NCBI RefSeq assembly: GCF_030028105.1
Contig: NC_092377.1
Location: forward strand, 79,824,569 to 79,888,568
From: Mobula birostris
Taxonomy: Eukaryota
Length of the DNA: 64,000 bases
Direction: 5' to 3'
Below are positions 50,586 to 64,000 of the stretch, in pieces (position 1 is the first letter of the stretch; each line of letters starts with the position of its first letter). The position numbers and the translations under genes were made by a program. Below the pieces are notes generated by a model. The model did no database searches and was not told where the DNA came from. It worked only from the letters and a program-made list of their open reading frames with translations.

Positions 50586-53500
50586 TGATTTCCAGCGTCT
50601 GCAGATTTCTTCGTGTTTGTGAGAGTCAAAGATGGGAACTGATGAAACTACCCAGTGAATGGGTTTAATTGCTTTTCCATATTCCTAATTTTCCTCAAAT
50701 TTGAGCATCAGCACTTTGCCAAGAAACCCAAGCCCTTTAATTCTTGCCTTTCCACGGATGTGAGTACAATAGCAATGAATGGAAACTGCAAATTCAGAAG
50801 TGGAACAAAAACTCTGACAGCATGTCCACATTAGATTATTCCACGTCTGACACATAAATGGAATTAAATGCCATTTTACAGCCATTGTTTTTATTCACCT
50901 CTCGCTTGAAATTTACTTTAATGAGAACTCTGATGAGCTGGAGGGTACTTTTAACTATTCCCACTTGGCCAATTGAGCTGCTTCTCACCTCCACTGAACT
51001 GGCTGGTGCCATAATGAAAATCTACTAAGCAGATCTAAATACACTAGAGTCACCAGACTGCGGCAGTCTCAAAAACAGTTTGAGTCAAAAATGGGTTATA
51101 AAGCTGGCGTGAAATTTACTGGAATCACATAATAAGTCTCTGGTGTTACAGTGTAGAATACTAATGCATCATCATATCAGTCATAATGATTCGCTGGCTC
51201 GCTTTACTTGGTGAATTAACCCTTTAAAATCATATCATAACTCACATGAGGAAGCTGTTCATTCTGTTGAGTTTATGCTGGCTTCTCACAGAGCAATATA
51301 TATCATCCCATTCCTTTCTAAACTTCTAAATTATTCCCTCACAGATCCCCAGCCAATTCTCTTTTGAAAACATTGATTGCCTCTGCTTCCACCAACCTTA
51401 TGAGCAGTGAGTTCAAGAACAGAACCACTTGGTCTCTAAATAAAATCCTTACATTTCCCTATTTCTTTCTTTTATCACTTTAAGTTTTTGTGCCCGGCCC
51501 TCCTAGCATCATTTGCTGATGGGAACAGCTCATCTCTAATTACTTAGCTAAACCTGTCATGATATGGTATATCTAAATTAAATCTCCTCTGAACCTTTTT
51601 TGTTCCAGGCCAAGCATACCCAGTGCATCCTGTTTAACCTTGTAGCTGCAACCCCTCGTTGCTAGAAGTGTTCTGGTCAATGCCCTTCGCCGTTGAATGT
51701 TTCCTAAACCTGACGACCAGGACTGAATGTAGTTACGGCATTACTGGGGTTCTAAAAACATTCAACAGAAGTACAATATGTTTTGCCACCTTCTCAGAAG
51801 GTCAGGATCCCAGGTGCTTTGCTAACTGTTCCCTTAGTAAGTTTATCAATTTCTGAAGATTTATGCACCACCACAGCCTTTAAATGACCTCCATTTTAGC
51901 AAATAATTTCCCTATCTGATCTAATTTTACATTCAATCATGATTAATGTATTCAAAGCCCAGAAAGACCAATTTGAAAAACTCCTGGTCTATAATGAAGA
52001 CCTGTTTCTGCCAGAAATAACCATTGACTATATAACTTACAAAGACTTCCATCCTAACCATCCACTTACTATATCACTCTAAGTGTTAACATGAATGGCT
52101 TGTATTTATGTTTTTCTTGTAGGTGCTGCTTATATAATGCTATGCATCTCTTAGGCTGCAATAAGTAAGTTTTCCATTGCACCTGTGATACATGTATTTG
52201 TGTGTATAACAATAAACTGGACTTTGACTTGGACTTGACTCTGACCTTGTTCTTTCTGCCAAAATGCATTGCTTCATACTTCTCTGCATTAAATTTCATC
52301 TCTTTTTCTGCCTATTCTGCTAGCCAAACTTTATTCACTACAAGTTTGTTATATTTCTTACTGTTTACTTCCAAGTGTGGCGTTATTTGCAAAGATCAAG
52401 ATTTTATCTTGAACTTTCATTTTCAAGTCTTTAATACATATCAGAAAAGTCCTTATAGTGGATCTTGGGATCAGAAATTTTACAAATCCCAGTTCTGTTA
52501 AACAATCATTTGTCATGCTTGTCGGTGTCTGTTCTTATGCCAATTTTTATCTATGTGGCTGCTGACTAACTTTATTCCATACAGCTTGATTTTGCTAAAC
52601 AGTCATAAGTGTGGAATTTTGAAAATCCACACACAAGACACCTACTACATTCACTGTATCAGCCTTCTAATCATCTAAAAAATGATTTAATCTTCAACAA
52701 ATCCAGGCTGGCTTCTTTTCATTAGCTTCTTCCTGTGACAAGTAATTATTAGATCTGACAGTATCTCTGTCGTGCAGCCTTTAAATCCTTAATGAAGTTT
52801 GTTCCATTCTTCTCCTAAAACATCAACGTCATGCTAAAGGATCAACTTGATGGGAGCTACTAGCTCTTCTGGAATCTCACCTGAGGAGCCTTTCTTCATC
52901 TGTGACACAAGAGTGTTAAATTTACCCTTTTAGCAGAGTTTACCCTTTTAGCGAGCATTCCATAGTGTTTACCATGATTCTTTTCTTTCTTCTCAAACTT
53001 CTGCACTGCTAAATCTAATTTTACATCAAACAATGATTAAAGTAACCAAAATCGAGGAAGACCACCTCGAAAAATTCCTGCTTCATATAAAAGAGCACCA
53101 TTTTTGCCAGAAATAGCTGACTTTATAACTTGGAAGGCTAACCATCATTAATATCTATTGACTATATCACTCTGAGTTGTCAGTAGCAGTGACTTGCACA
53201 TGCTGTCATCTGAGGGCTCTTTGTCCTCCATTGAACCACAGATGAATGAATTTGTATTCAACACCTTATGGCTTAATGCCATCATAGTCCTTCTAATGCT
53301 AACTGAAGAGGTGTGACCATAAGTAAGTGAACACATAAACATTTATAGAAAGAGCACAATTACTACCATCTGGTTTAGTCTAAAAACAAGGAATAGATCA
53401 CCACGTGATAATCTCAAACCCGTAGGATAAGCATTTATAATAAGGCACACAGCTGAGTAGTCTATTTCAAGACGGGTAGGCAGTCAATGAAGTTAGCCTC

Positions 53501-55354
53501 CCAATTTTTTGCCTTGAGCAATTCACATTTGAAGAGGCAGGCTAAGTTTCGATGTTTGCAAACATCACACAGAACAGAGCTATAGAAAGTGAATCTGTGA
53601 TAGACAACCCTGAGCCAGTGAGGGAAATGATGGATTTCATGTATTAACTAATGACAGCATTGCTCAGTTTTACAGATTTTTCTCAGCTTCTGTGAAATGG
53701 ATTTTTATCACATCACCACTGAAGAGACTATGAATATAAAATGCCTTGGCCATTCATCAATATGAATCAGTCTGCCTCTGCACATACAGCACTATTAAAC
53801 TAAGATTAAAGTATACTCTTCGAGATGATTATAGCTCAAAATGCAGACTGATCAATTTTAGGAAGAGATTCCTGGAGCTAGTTGGATAAAGAATAGGAGA
53901 ATCCCATTAAGACCATTTTCTGATGTTGGAGAAACTTGACAGTAAAATTACATTTTCACTTGCTAAAATATCATCAACACAAAATGATTTAAGGTCAAGA
54001 TACATTTTCTTGAAATTGCAAGTGGATAGCAAAGTAACAAATTTAGGTTTAATGCAGTTTTGAGAACTTGCTTAAGTTTTGTCTGAAGTGATCTGTACAA
54101 AGTTCTCCTCTGAGTCACCTTCAACTGCATTTCAGAAATCATTGTTCAGCCCCTCGCTGGACACGTGATTAACTTTCTTATTAAGCAGAGGATGTGATTA
54201 AATTTGCTTTTAAATCACTGTAGGTGGGAGAAATCAGCTGGAAACTAACATGCCTTATATATTTGTCTTTCACACAGATTTAAAAAGGCAAATACAGACA
54301 TTTTGAAATCTAGTGTAACAAGTTAATAGACTCAGCTTCAGAAAGTCTTAATGCTTTGGTACCAGACAAAGCCATTGTTTTGAACAGCAAGGCAATGAGC
54401 TAATCCTATGTTCCAGTGAATTATTTCTAATGTGATGTTCCAGATTTCACCTTCAGCAGACAATTCAAGCGAACCTCATTTATTTTTAAAATGTACTATG
54501 TGTGCACTCCATAGAGATGAGAGCAGAAGTAACATCTGAGAAAGTACATCTTATTTCAAATATTCCAAGCTCATTTTCCTATTACGGGCCATGGCTCCAA
54601 AAATAATGATCAGTCTGTCTCCTCTGCCTCTTCATATCCATCACCCAAGCTTCGCTGACCATCATTTTCCATGAGCGATCAGTGGTACAAATTGCAACAC
54701 TGTGCAAGGTTTTCACTTTTCACAAAGTCTTGCTCTTAACTGTGCAACTGAACCCGATTTTTGGACAATGAGTTAAGTGCTGGGCCGAATCGAGGCGGCA
54801 GGGCAAAAACCCCAGTGCGTATGGAGGTGACTAAACCCGATGTCTGGATGATGATTTAGGTGCTGGTCAGGGTGTCGGGGCTTGAGGTGAGAGGCAGGCC
54901 GGTTTAGCTCGCAGGTCCGCAAGGTTTTGCTCAGCTCTGCACTGAATTTAAGGGTCTCTGGACAGACTCTCTTTGTGGACTCCAGTTCAGAATGCTGCTT
55001 GCTTGCGTTTATTGTTTGCGTGATTTGTTTTCTTTTCTCCCTGCACACTGGGTGTTCGATGGTCTTTTTTTTAATGGGTTCTTTTGGGTTTCTTTGTTTT
55101 GCAGCTGTATAATGTTATATAATGTATACACACTCTGATAATAAATGTACCTTCAACTTTGAAATTTGCTCCCAGCATTCCTACATTGACAATTAAATTC
55201 AGCAAGGAAATATTTCAGAATTAAATCAGACTTATCATCACTGATGTATGCCATGAAATTTGTTGTTGAGCGACAGCAATACAACACAATACATAAAAAA
55301 AATCACTATAAGTTACAATAAGAAAAAAAAATATACACACACATGTATATAAAA

Positions 55355-56160
55355 CAGTGGATTCTGATGAAATAGGACACATCGGGACCAGTACATTTTG
55401 GCTGAATTAAGCAGCTGCCCCAATTAGTCTAAGTTTCACTGAAATAGTTAAAAGGTATAAAAAGACAAACCACTGTTTAACTGAGTAACAATTTATGTAT
55501 TTAAATAAAATATAGAACAAATTAGAATACTATCAATACTACTACAATACTATAAAACTGTGTATTCGTTCCTAATAGCTATCGACAGAGCAATTCATCC
55601 AGTGTACGCTGCTATGTTCTTTTGATTGACTGTAAATGGACAAAATCAGCACAGACACCGAGTGCAGATAATAGACGTCATACAATGCTTTCAAAGAATG
55701 CATCCTCCAAATCTTGATTTTCATTGCAACATTCGTGACGATTGTCGATAACTTCGAATTCTTTGTAGTTGAAGTCATGACACTGTTTCATTTTCACTCC
55801 TGGTCGTTTTGGCATCTCCAAGCCTGAATGCTTGAAACCACAATGAGCAAAACAGTTCCAAAATGTCATACTGCTAACTTCTTGCCAACTATCAGGGACA
55901 AAATCACTGCTTTTTGAACAAAAACACATGCAACTGATGCTAATTAAAAATGAAGTGCTCTAAGCATGGTGTAGTGTTTAACAGCCATACAAGTGCACGC
56001 GAATGATGCCAGTTAGAAACTGTTCGGACCATTGTCCTGTCCCAATTAAGGAGTACGGTGTCCCAAATAAATGAAAGAAATCCCAGTTATTAGCTCAGTT
56101 TAGTTTTTGTTCTTTAAGAGTTGTCTTAATGAAAAGCTGCCCAATTAACTGGAATCCCTG
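55355..56160 (-). mobile_element. Pogo/Tigger-like non-autonomous DNA transposon nested in a Rex/Babar tail
   Basis: Degenerate TIRs cagtggattctg.. / ..ccaattaactggaatccctg; peptide DSWQEVSSMTFWNCFAHCGF resembles the Tigger C-terminus. Confidence 0.65.
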
Positions 56161-57939
56161 CATGCACAATCACTAAGTCGTGCAAAATGAGACCAAGATA
56201 GTTCATGGGTTCACAGACTGTTCAGAAATCTGATGGCAAGGTTAAAATATGATTCAAGTGGCCAGGTGTTGCAGATGTTGAACATCTGAAACAAAAGTAG
56301 AAAATAATAGAAATGTTCAGCAGGTCAGGCATAATGTGTATACAGAGAAATTGAATTAATGTTTCAGACTGATGAAATGTCACAGAGTTGACAGCCATTG
56401 GTGGTGGTGGTGGTGGGGGGGTGGAATGGTAACTCAATTATCACAATACAGAAGGGGACCAATTAAGTAACTGAGTCCATGTTGGTTCATGGCAAAGCAA
56501 TTCTGTCAATCACGATCCCCCTCTCCTTGCATCCTCTCCTGAGTAGTATTCCTATAAATTACTTTCTGCTGCACGGCCACATCTCTCTTTCATTCCTTTG
56601 CCTCTAAATTTACATTCATCCTGTGATCACATGGGCTTCCACCAGGTGTTTTGGTTTCTTTCCGCATCTCAAAGACATGCGGATTGGTCGGTTTACTGGC
56701 CACTGCAAATTGCCACAGATGCAGAGGTGAGTGGTAGAACCTGGGGGGGAGTTGATAAAACATTGGGCGAATGGGATTAACGCAGGATTAGAGTAAACGA
56801 CTGGTTGATAATCAGTGTGTACTCGGTGGGCTAATGGGCCTGTTTCTGAGCTCGATCTCACTACAGCTCTATGACATTTATTAACTGATCAGAAATCAAG
56901 AATTTACATTTTAGGCACTATGGTCACCCAGTCAGGGTGCAAAGAAACAGTACTTTGAATATCAGATTAAATGTGGATTATAGTTAATGCCATTCACAAT
57001 GTGTTCAGGACCACTTATTTGAAAAAAGAAGTAATTGAGAACATACATAAATACATTCATTTGTTCCTCCTCAGTTACTCCACTCTTATCAATAAATTAA
57101 GAAGTCAAGCTGTGACACTTAGCTACTTTATTATTAACTGAATCAATTATACATCAAACCATATACCTTGTCATGTTACTGAAAATGTTATTTTTTTAAC
57201 AGACATTTGTAGTCTAAAAATATCACAAACACACACATAAAACTAAATATTTCATTGATTATATAAAATTACATATAATGTTTGATAAAAAATGATTGCA
57301 ATGATTATAACTAATTGGTTAATCAACTCATCTATCTGCATAATTGCATTTAACTTTATGTACAGCGGGTTCCTGGGTTTCGGAAGGTCTTACTTGAGGA
57401 TATCCATCTTGATGCAAATCTGCCAAACTAGACTCTTGGGAAAAGCACTCACACCTATTTGGTAGGAATCAATGCAGATTCAATGCAGAACCAATAAAAA
57501 TAAGCCAATGCCTTCTCCAAACTCCCTTTTAGGTAAGATCAAACATTATGAACCCCAAGCTACCTCTCTTTACTACACATTCACTTTTACTAAAAATTAC
57601 AAAAACTGTCCCCCGCCCCCAGCCCTGCCATCGTCAACCCACCTGGTTATGTTCAGACTAACATTTGTCACAATTCATTGTTGGTAACAATTCCTACCAC
57701 CTATGCAGATCTTGCCCACTCTTTGCAAATCAACACCCAATGGCTGTCGAGGGTAAAGATTTCTTGTTACAATTTTGGGGGACATTGCTCATTTCCGACT
57801 TACAGAAAATTCAGTTTACTGACAGTTCTCAAGAACAGAACTCTAACATAGCCCATGGGCCCTCTGTAGGTGGAACATGTTGAAATGTTTGGCATGCACT
57901 CTCCCCCCCCAGCATTTCCTTGCATGTGAAGTTCCCGAC

Positions 57940-58440
57940 TCTGATGGAACAGATGCAGACGAGGGAACTGAACTGCCGACCCCTTGTGCTCTATCCATCA
58001 TTGCCTTCAGGTACTCCTGGTTGTCAGCCATTTTAATTTCCCTCCCCATTCCCACATTGATATGTCTGTCCTTGGTCTCCCCCAACGTCAGAGTAAGAGC
58101 AAACATAATCTAGAGCAGAGGTTTCCAACCTTTTTATGCCATGGACCCCAGTTTGGGAACCCTTGACATAGAGGAACAACATTTCATGTTCCTGCTGGGT
58201 AATCTACAACTGGATGCTATGAACACAGAATTCTCTAGTTTCGGTTAACCTGCTCTCCCTCTATCCCTTTTTTCTCTCCTCTTGGTCTATTTGTTCTTAC
58301 CATACTAGCCTCCTGACGAAGGATCTCTGCCTGAAATGTCAACTGCTTACTGTTTCCCATTGATGCTGCCTGGTCTGCTGAATGCCACCAGCACTTTTCT
58401 GTGCGTTGCTTTGAATTTCAAGCATCTGCAGATTTTCCTC
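57940..58440 (+). mobile_element. Decayed Penelope GIY-YIG/pLTR fragment
   Basis: Peptide VSHFNFPPHSHIDMSVLGL and a degenerate hammerhead, cctgacgaaggatctctgcctgaaatgtc (~58312-58340). Confidence 0.7.
58116..58165. mobile_element. Tiny hAT (Charlie-like) MITE
   Basis: cagaggtttccaac...gtttgggaacccttg, with an 8-bp near-TSD atctagag/acatagag. Confidence 0.6.
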
Positions 58441-59079
58441 ACATTTTCCATAATCTTCAGCCCTCCGTCACCTCCAGCTACCAGCTCCCAGCTTCAATTG
58501 CTGTTTTCACCCATCCCTCCTAACTCAACCAATCACCTGTCCTCACCTGGATCCATCTATTACTACCCAGCTCCTACACATCCCTCACACCTCACCGCTT
58601 TAAGCCCACTATCTTCTCTCTATCCTTCAGTACTGATGATGGTGATGGCTCTCAACCCAAAATGCTGGTTGCCCATTTCCCCTGCACAGGCACTGCCTGA
58701 GCTGCTGAGATCCTTGTCTTTTTTTCGCTCTAAAATGCTATAATTTTAGCTTTAAAATAATCATTTAAACGTTATGAACACAAATTAAGTCAGAAACAAA
58801 GCACACAGGATCAGAGCGCAGCATGGTCTCGGAAACGCTTTTACTGTAACCCTGTGACCACATCTCCTTTCTGACAACGAATGTTGCAGGAGCACAAAGC
58901 ACTGGTGGGTGAGTGGTATAAAACAGCTGACCTGCTAGTCCTGTGTGATAATTACACAGCACTGCCTCTGAAGAGCCTGAATGATTACAGTAGATTAGGA
59001 GATAATTATCGTCTCCATAACATCTGGCAAATCTTGTCATTGCTGAAAGTCGTATCTTTGCCTTTATTATGTTTGGAGC

Positions 59080-59860
59080 CATCTGGAGTTTCTTCAGTGG
59101 TCTGTTCCTCGACTATTTTAAGAGACTCCTGAATAGGTACACGGAGCTTAGAAAAATAGAGGGCTATGGGTTACCTTGGGTAATTTCTAAAGTAAGGACA
59201 TGTTCAGCACAGCTTTGTGGGCCGAAGGGCCTGTATTGTGCTGTAGGTTTTCAATGTTTCTAAGTTTCTATATTTCTTAAGGGCCCCTATCCCAGTACCA
59301 TGGTTTTAGGGATAGTGGCAAAAGTAAGATGCCCCATGGTTTTAAAACACTTGTGAAATACTGTGTCCAATTTTGGTCAAAACCCACAATAGGAGAGATG
59401 TTAATAAACTGGAAAGAGTCTAGAAAAGGTATGCAAGAATATTGCCAGGACCCTCGGAACTAAGTAATAGGGAGAGGCTGGACAGTGTAGGTCTTAATTC
59501 CCAGAAGCACAGCAGACTGAAAGGTGACCTGATAGGGGAGCATAAATGGCAAGGATGAGGTAAGTACACTGTCTTGTTTCTTGGGTTGAGGCATCAAGAA
59601 CAAGAGGGCACAGGTTTAAGGCGAGAGGGGAAACTTGATAGGAAACATTTTTTCTACATGGAGGGGCAGTATACATGTGGATGGAGCTGCCAGAGGAAGT
59701 GGTTGAAGCAGGTATGAAGATTATCCTAAATGACACTTGGACAGCTACATTGATAGAAGATTTAAAAGATTCCCATCCTGGGACTAGCCAGGATGGGAAT
59801 CATGATTGGCAGGGACCAAGTGAGCCAAAGGGCCTGTTTCTCTGTTGTATAGCTCTGTGA
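59080..59860 (+). mobile_element. Two decayed CR1 3' fragments
   Basis: CR1 tails gggccgaagggcctgtattgtgctg (~59220) and gagccaaagggcctgtttctc (~59822). Confidence 0.65.
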
Positions 59861-61389
59861 CTCTAAAAGCAGAGCAAGAGGTTGATTTCCCATGAATTTT
59901 AGAACAGTATGGGAAAGAGAAACCAGGTGTGCAGCTCAGCAGTAACTCAAATGCCCCCATGCACCTTTGTTGCCACACAGCTAACTTTCTTTTACATATA
60001 ATGTTTCATTCAAGTGCCGCGCAGTTTTCAGGCCATGTAAAACTTTCCTGCTCAGAGCAATATTGGCTCTGCATGGCTGTAAAAACAATTAGAGAGATCG
60101 CTGGCTTCCACCTACCAGTTGCTGAAGTAACGCAACGTAATGACAGGGCAAAGGGTTCTTTGGAGGGGTAAAAAGTGCTGGAAGTCATGGGAAAGGACAT
60201 GGAGAGTGAAAAGTGTGCAGAGTGGAGGGGAGAGGTTCAGAGAAAGGAGTGCCAGGTGCAGGGAAGGGAAAAGGGACCAGGCGTTAAGATGCAAAAGAGA
60301 TGGACATGGGTGTTAGGGTTGGGGAATGAGAAGTCAACAGTAGGAATAACGTTTCAGAGCCACTGAAGATCAATAGAGTGGGGTGTCAAGAAGGTGGGTG
60401 GGGGGGGCAGGAAAGTATGGAGGAGGCAGTGTCCATAGCAAGGGAAAGTGGAGACCACCACCGTGTACGTACATATGGGTTGATGTATGTGTGTGCGTTA
60501 ATCTCTATTCAGTAAAGCTTGGGCTCCAATCATCTTGGGACCCCCTGTCATTTAATCAGGAGCTTACCCAGCCACATCTGTGTGTGAGCTGGTATGCAAC
60601 TCCCACTCCTTGTTAAAAGGAGTTACAGGCGGGCAAGTTCAGCTCCTCTGTATGAAGTCCAAGATCTGGAACATTGGTGTCCTCAAAGACCACTATTACA
60701 GATACTTTGACAGCAACTTTGTTACCTTGAGTGAGATATGAAGGGGTAGAGATGACCAGCTCAAAGAACGAGGCTCCTGGACACTTTTAACAATGATATT
60801 TTTGCAATGGGATACCTGCTGTGGCCAGATGGATGGTGACAGGAGGGTGGTCAGCCTAAAAGCCTTTGGGACCCGTCACAATGCTGGTGAGGTTGGCATC
60901 CTTGCTGTCATGAAGGTACATAAACCACGATCTTTACCCACAGGTGCATCACAGAGCACATTTCAATGCAGACTGGGTAACAAGAAAGGCACTTTCTCAC
61001 CACATTGTTGCAAATTACCCTCAAAAATCTTCCCACTGGAGAGAAGCTAAGGTACAGGACAAATGAGAAGCTGTTCACCCCAGATTCCATCATTGAGCTA
61101 CAGTACGCAATCTAGATTTCTATGTATGCACACACTTAAACCACGAGCTTCATGTCATGGTCAACCCATCCCCTGCTGCAGGCAGCAAAATGGCTTCTTC
61201 CCCCTGCCTTTCCAGTCCTAATGAAGGATCTCAGCCCGAGACGTCGATTTTTTATTCCCATCCATAGATGGTGCCTGGCCTGCTGAGCTCCTCCAGCACA
61301 TTGGGTGTATTGCTCTAAATATTTACTAAACAACCTGGCCTTGTTGTAATACTGCCCCAAAAATAAATGTTCATCACAAGATCCTGGAA

Positions 61390-62620
61390 GATACAGATTT
61401 TTTCCCCTAACTTGTGAGTCACTCTGTAATGAAGGCAGACATTCATAATAAAATCTATCACTGCCTCAGTGCCTTTGGCTGTCTGATGATGAGATGTTTG
61501 AAGATTACAACCTCAGACCAGGCAAAAAGCTCATGGTGTACTCTGATTCTTGCCCTCCAGTACACTTCAGAGACATGGACGGCCAACGTTAAGCAGCTCA
61601 AAACATTGCTGAAATGCCACCACTACAGTCTCCAGAAAATCCCAGAATTGCACAGGATACTGTGCTCAATTCTTGTCGCCTCACTACAGGAAGGACACGG
61701 AAACTAAAGAAAGGGTGCAGAGGAGACTTACAAGGATGTCACCTGGATTGGGGAGCATGCCTTATGAGAATAGGTTGAGTGACCTGGGCCTTTTCTCCTT
61801 GGAGCAATGGAGGACAAGAGGTGACTTGATAGAGGTGTACAAGATAATGAGAGGCATTGATTGTGTAGATAGGCAGAGGCTTTTTCCCAGGGCTGAAATG
61901 GCTAGCACAAGAGGGCATAGTTTAAAGGTGCTTGGAAGTAGGTACAGAGGAGATGTCAGGGGTAAGTTTTTTTTACACAGAGAGTGGTGAGTGCGTGGAA
62001 TGGGCTGCCAGCAGCGGAGGTGGAGGCAGAAACGATAGGGTCTTTTAAGAGACTCCTGGATAGGTACATGGAGCTTAGAAAAATAGAGGGCTATGGGGAA
62101 GCCTAGGTAGTTCTAAGGTAAGGACATGTCCAGCACAGCTTTGTGTGCCAAAGGGCCTGTATTGTGTTGTAGGTTTTCTACGTTTCTGTTTCTATTCTAT
62201 CAGCAAACCAACCTCGGTGTCCTTTTCTAATTCAACTTTCCCAGCAATGAGACCCTCATTACACTTACTCAGACCACATAATTTGCATGTTTGACACCGG
62301 ACTCACAAAATATACAATTGATACAGAGCTCCATCATGCCAGCAGAACAGCAGGTGAGCAGATTCAAGGTTACTTTCAAAGTAGCCTAGAAAAGATGTAA
62401 CACCGTCACCAACTCCCGGGCACACAACTTCCTTAAGTGGAGGATAATTGAGAACCTCAAGTCCACATTGGGAGCACATGGAAGCTCTGTGTAAAAGGCA
62501 GCGACAGTGTACCATCTCAGAAGCTACCAGCCAACTGCCTTGTCAGATACTTTTGCCTCACCTGCATATCCAAATTTGGTTTCATAAGCCAACTGAGAAC
62601 AACAGTGGAAGCAAATAATG
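61390..62620 (+). mobile_element. Decayed RTE-like LINE split by a CR1 3' fragment (~61655-62195)
   Basis: RTE-like ALQYTSETWT; CR1 peptides ERVQRRLTRMSPGL, RGDLIEVYKIMRG and TRGHSLKV. Confidence 0.65.
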
Positions 62621-64000
62621 CTCCAATCTGAGGGACAAAGGGAATCAAAGAGACATCTACACACCTCTATTCTAGTTGTCTTCAACGCTGCTGCTATAAG
62701 CTCGTCCCAATTCAAAACTGTACTAGGACGCCAGCTCACATTCATCAATTGTTTGTGAACTTCAATAGGTTTTTACCACCAGTAAAGTGATATTAATATT
62801 CCCACACTTGTGTTCATGGTCTTACCCTTCCATACATCATCCCTTCCAGCACCACAAAGCACTATGCCCTCTCCCTGCCTTCCTCACCTGAAGCAAGGGC
62901 ACATTGTTTATACCCGTTCTCCTTGACCCAGCTTTACTGGCTACCTTCACAGCAGCTGCTGTTTAAGACCCTGCATGGAATCAAATTTGGAAAGCAATCA
63001 ATTAACATCTCACCCAAATACCTCCTTAATTGACTTGGTTCTGTATAGTCACCCTGGAAAGATCTAAGAACATCTATGGTGGACATAGGATCCTGGAAAT
63101 ATTATATTCCTGATTCACCCCCTTATTCAGAATGGCAAAGGATACAATGAACCAGCAAGGAGAAAGTGTGTTTTCTGTGTATTTATTTTGTCCTAGATGC
63201 CCTGAATTGTTCAACTCTACAGTCTACAGCTTGAAGTGTTTGTATGCTCGGGTTCAAACCAATTGATGAGACCTTCCACCCTAAGCAATAGAAAACCACT
63301 AAAGGTAGTCAGGTATATCAGAGGTTTATTTTGCCTTAAATCTGCTTGCTCTTAGTTCTCTGGTTGTTCCAGTTATTAATAGTTCTTCATAGCCTTTTGT
63401 TTTCCAAATGGGGGAAATAGTAACAGAATTTCAGACAAGACTCTGCTGGATTTATTCCAAGACAGAAGGCAAGTGCGTGCCAAAGAATTTCTTGGCTGTG
63501 CTGTGATTGGATGCAGTTTTATTTCGTACTGTTTGATAGAAGAGGAAAACAAAACTGAATTAAATGTTTTGCACAGTGTCAAGTTACTGAAGCAGAAAAT
63601 AGCCAATGAGAAGCAAATAGAGAAAAATAGAATAGTCATTCTATAGACGCCAGCTAAATCAGCAAAGTGTTTTCAAGGATGTACAGAATAATTAGTCAAA
63701 GTGGAATATTAGTGACCAGAAAGATCACAGGTTAAATATTTCATCAGTTTTGACATAGTTAAGCACAACTAGGCTGGCAATGATTGATTTGGAATTAGCA
63801 AGAGTTCTTGTTCCACATTGTTATCCAGTGGCATCAGTTTAAAACCAGACGTGTGGATTTCAGAGGAGAAAGGGCTGGACTTAGCAGTGAAGCATCCTGC
63901 ACTTGAACTGGCTATCGACATTTATTGTGATTATATATTTTTCACTCCTGCACTGTGCCAATGTGCTTCAAGAACAGCATCTCCTCTTCTATCTGGGCAC

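Larger units (their letters stand above)
4051..64000 (-). other. PLCB1: Putative large PLCB1 intron upstream of the PH-domain exon
   Basis: I did not find the preceding exon (ETELLDLSLVKDARCG-like) in the window. The equivalent mammalian intron is very long, and the region is almost entirely repeats and AT-rich spacer. Inference. Confidence 0.65.

Overview
Eukaryotic, repeat-dense, CpG-depleted vertebrate DNA. The repeat mix (CR1, Rex/Babar, Penelope-like, HE1-type V-SINEs, SacSINE1-type DeuSINEs, Tc1, Gypsy) points to a cartilaginous fish, probably a ray; this is an inference. The only host coding sequence I recognise is one 141-bp minus-strand exon (3910-4050) of phospholipase C beta-1 (PLCB1, PH-domain exon), which the ORF track misses. 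The rest of the window is most likely PLCB1 intron filled with nested, mostly decayed transposons. Most notable observations: (1) a ~0.9-kb non-coding segment (38545-39456) with no CpG depletion and no recognisable family, which splits a LINE tail and is flanked by an AATATA duplication; (2) a dispersed set of Penelope-borne minimal type-I hammerhead ribozymes, including a 93-bp ribozyme-only insertion with a 10-bp TSD and copies sense to the PLCB1 pre-mRNA; (3) two large foldbacks (an inverted Penelope pair with a 15-bp TSD, and a Tc1 built from two right ends); (4) a young poly(A)-tailed tRNA SINE with a 15-bp TSD. No CRISPR, rRNA, bona fide tRNA gene or prokaryotic operon was seen. Family names are assigned from remembered motifs rather than database searches, and boundaries of old repeats are approximate.
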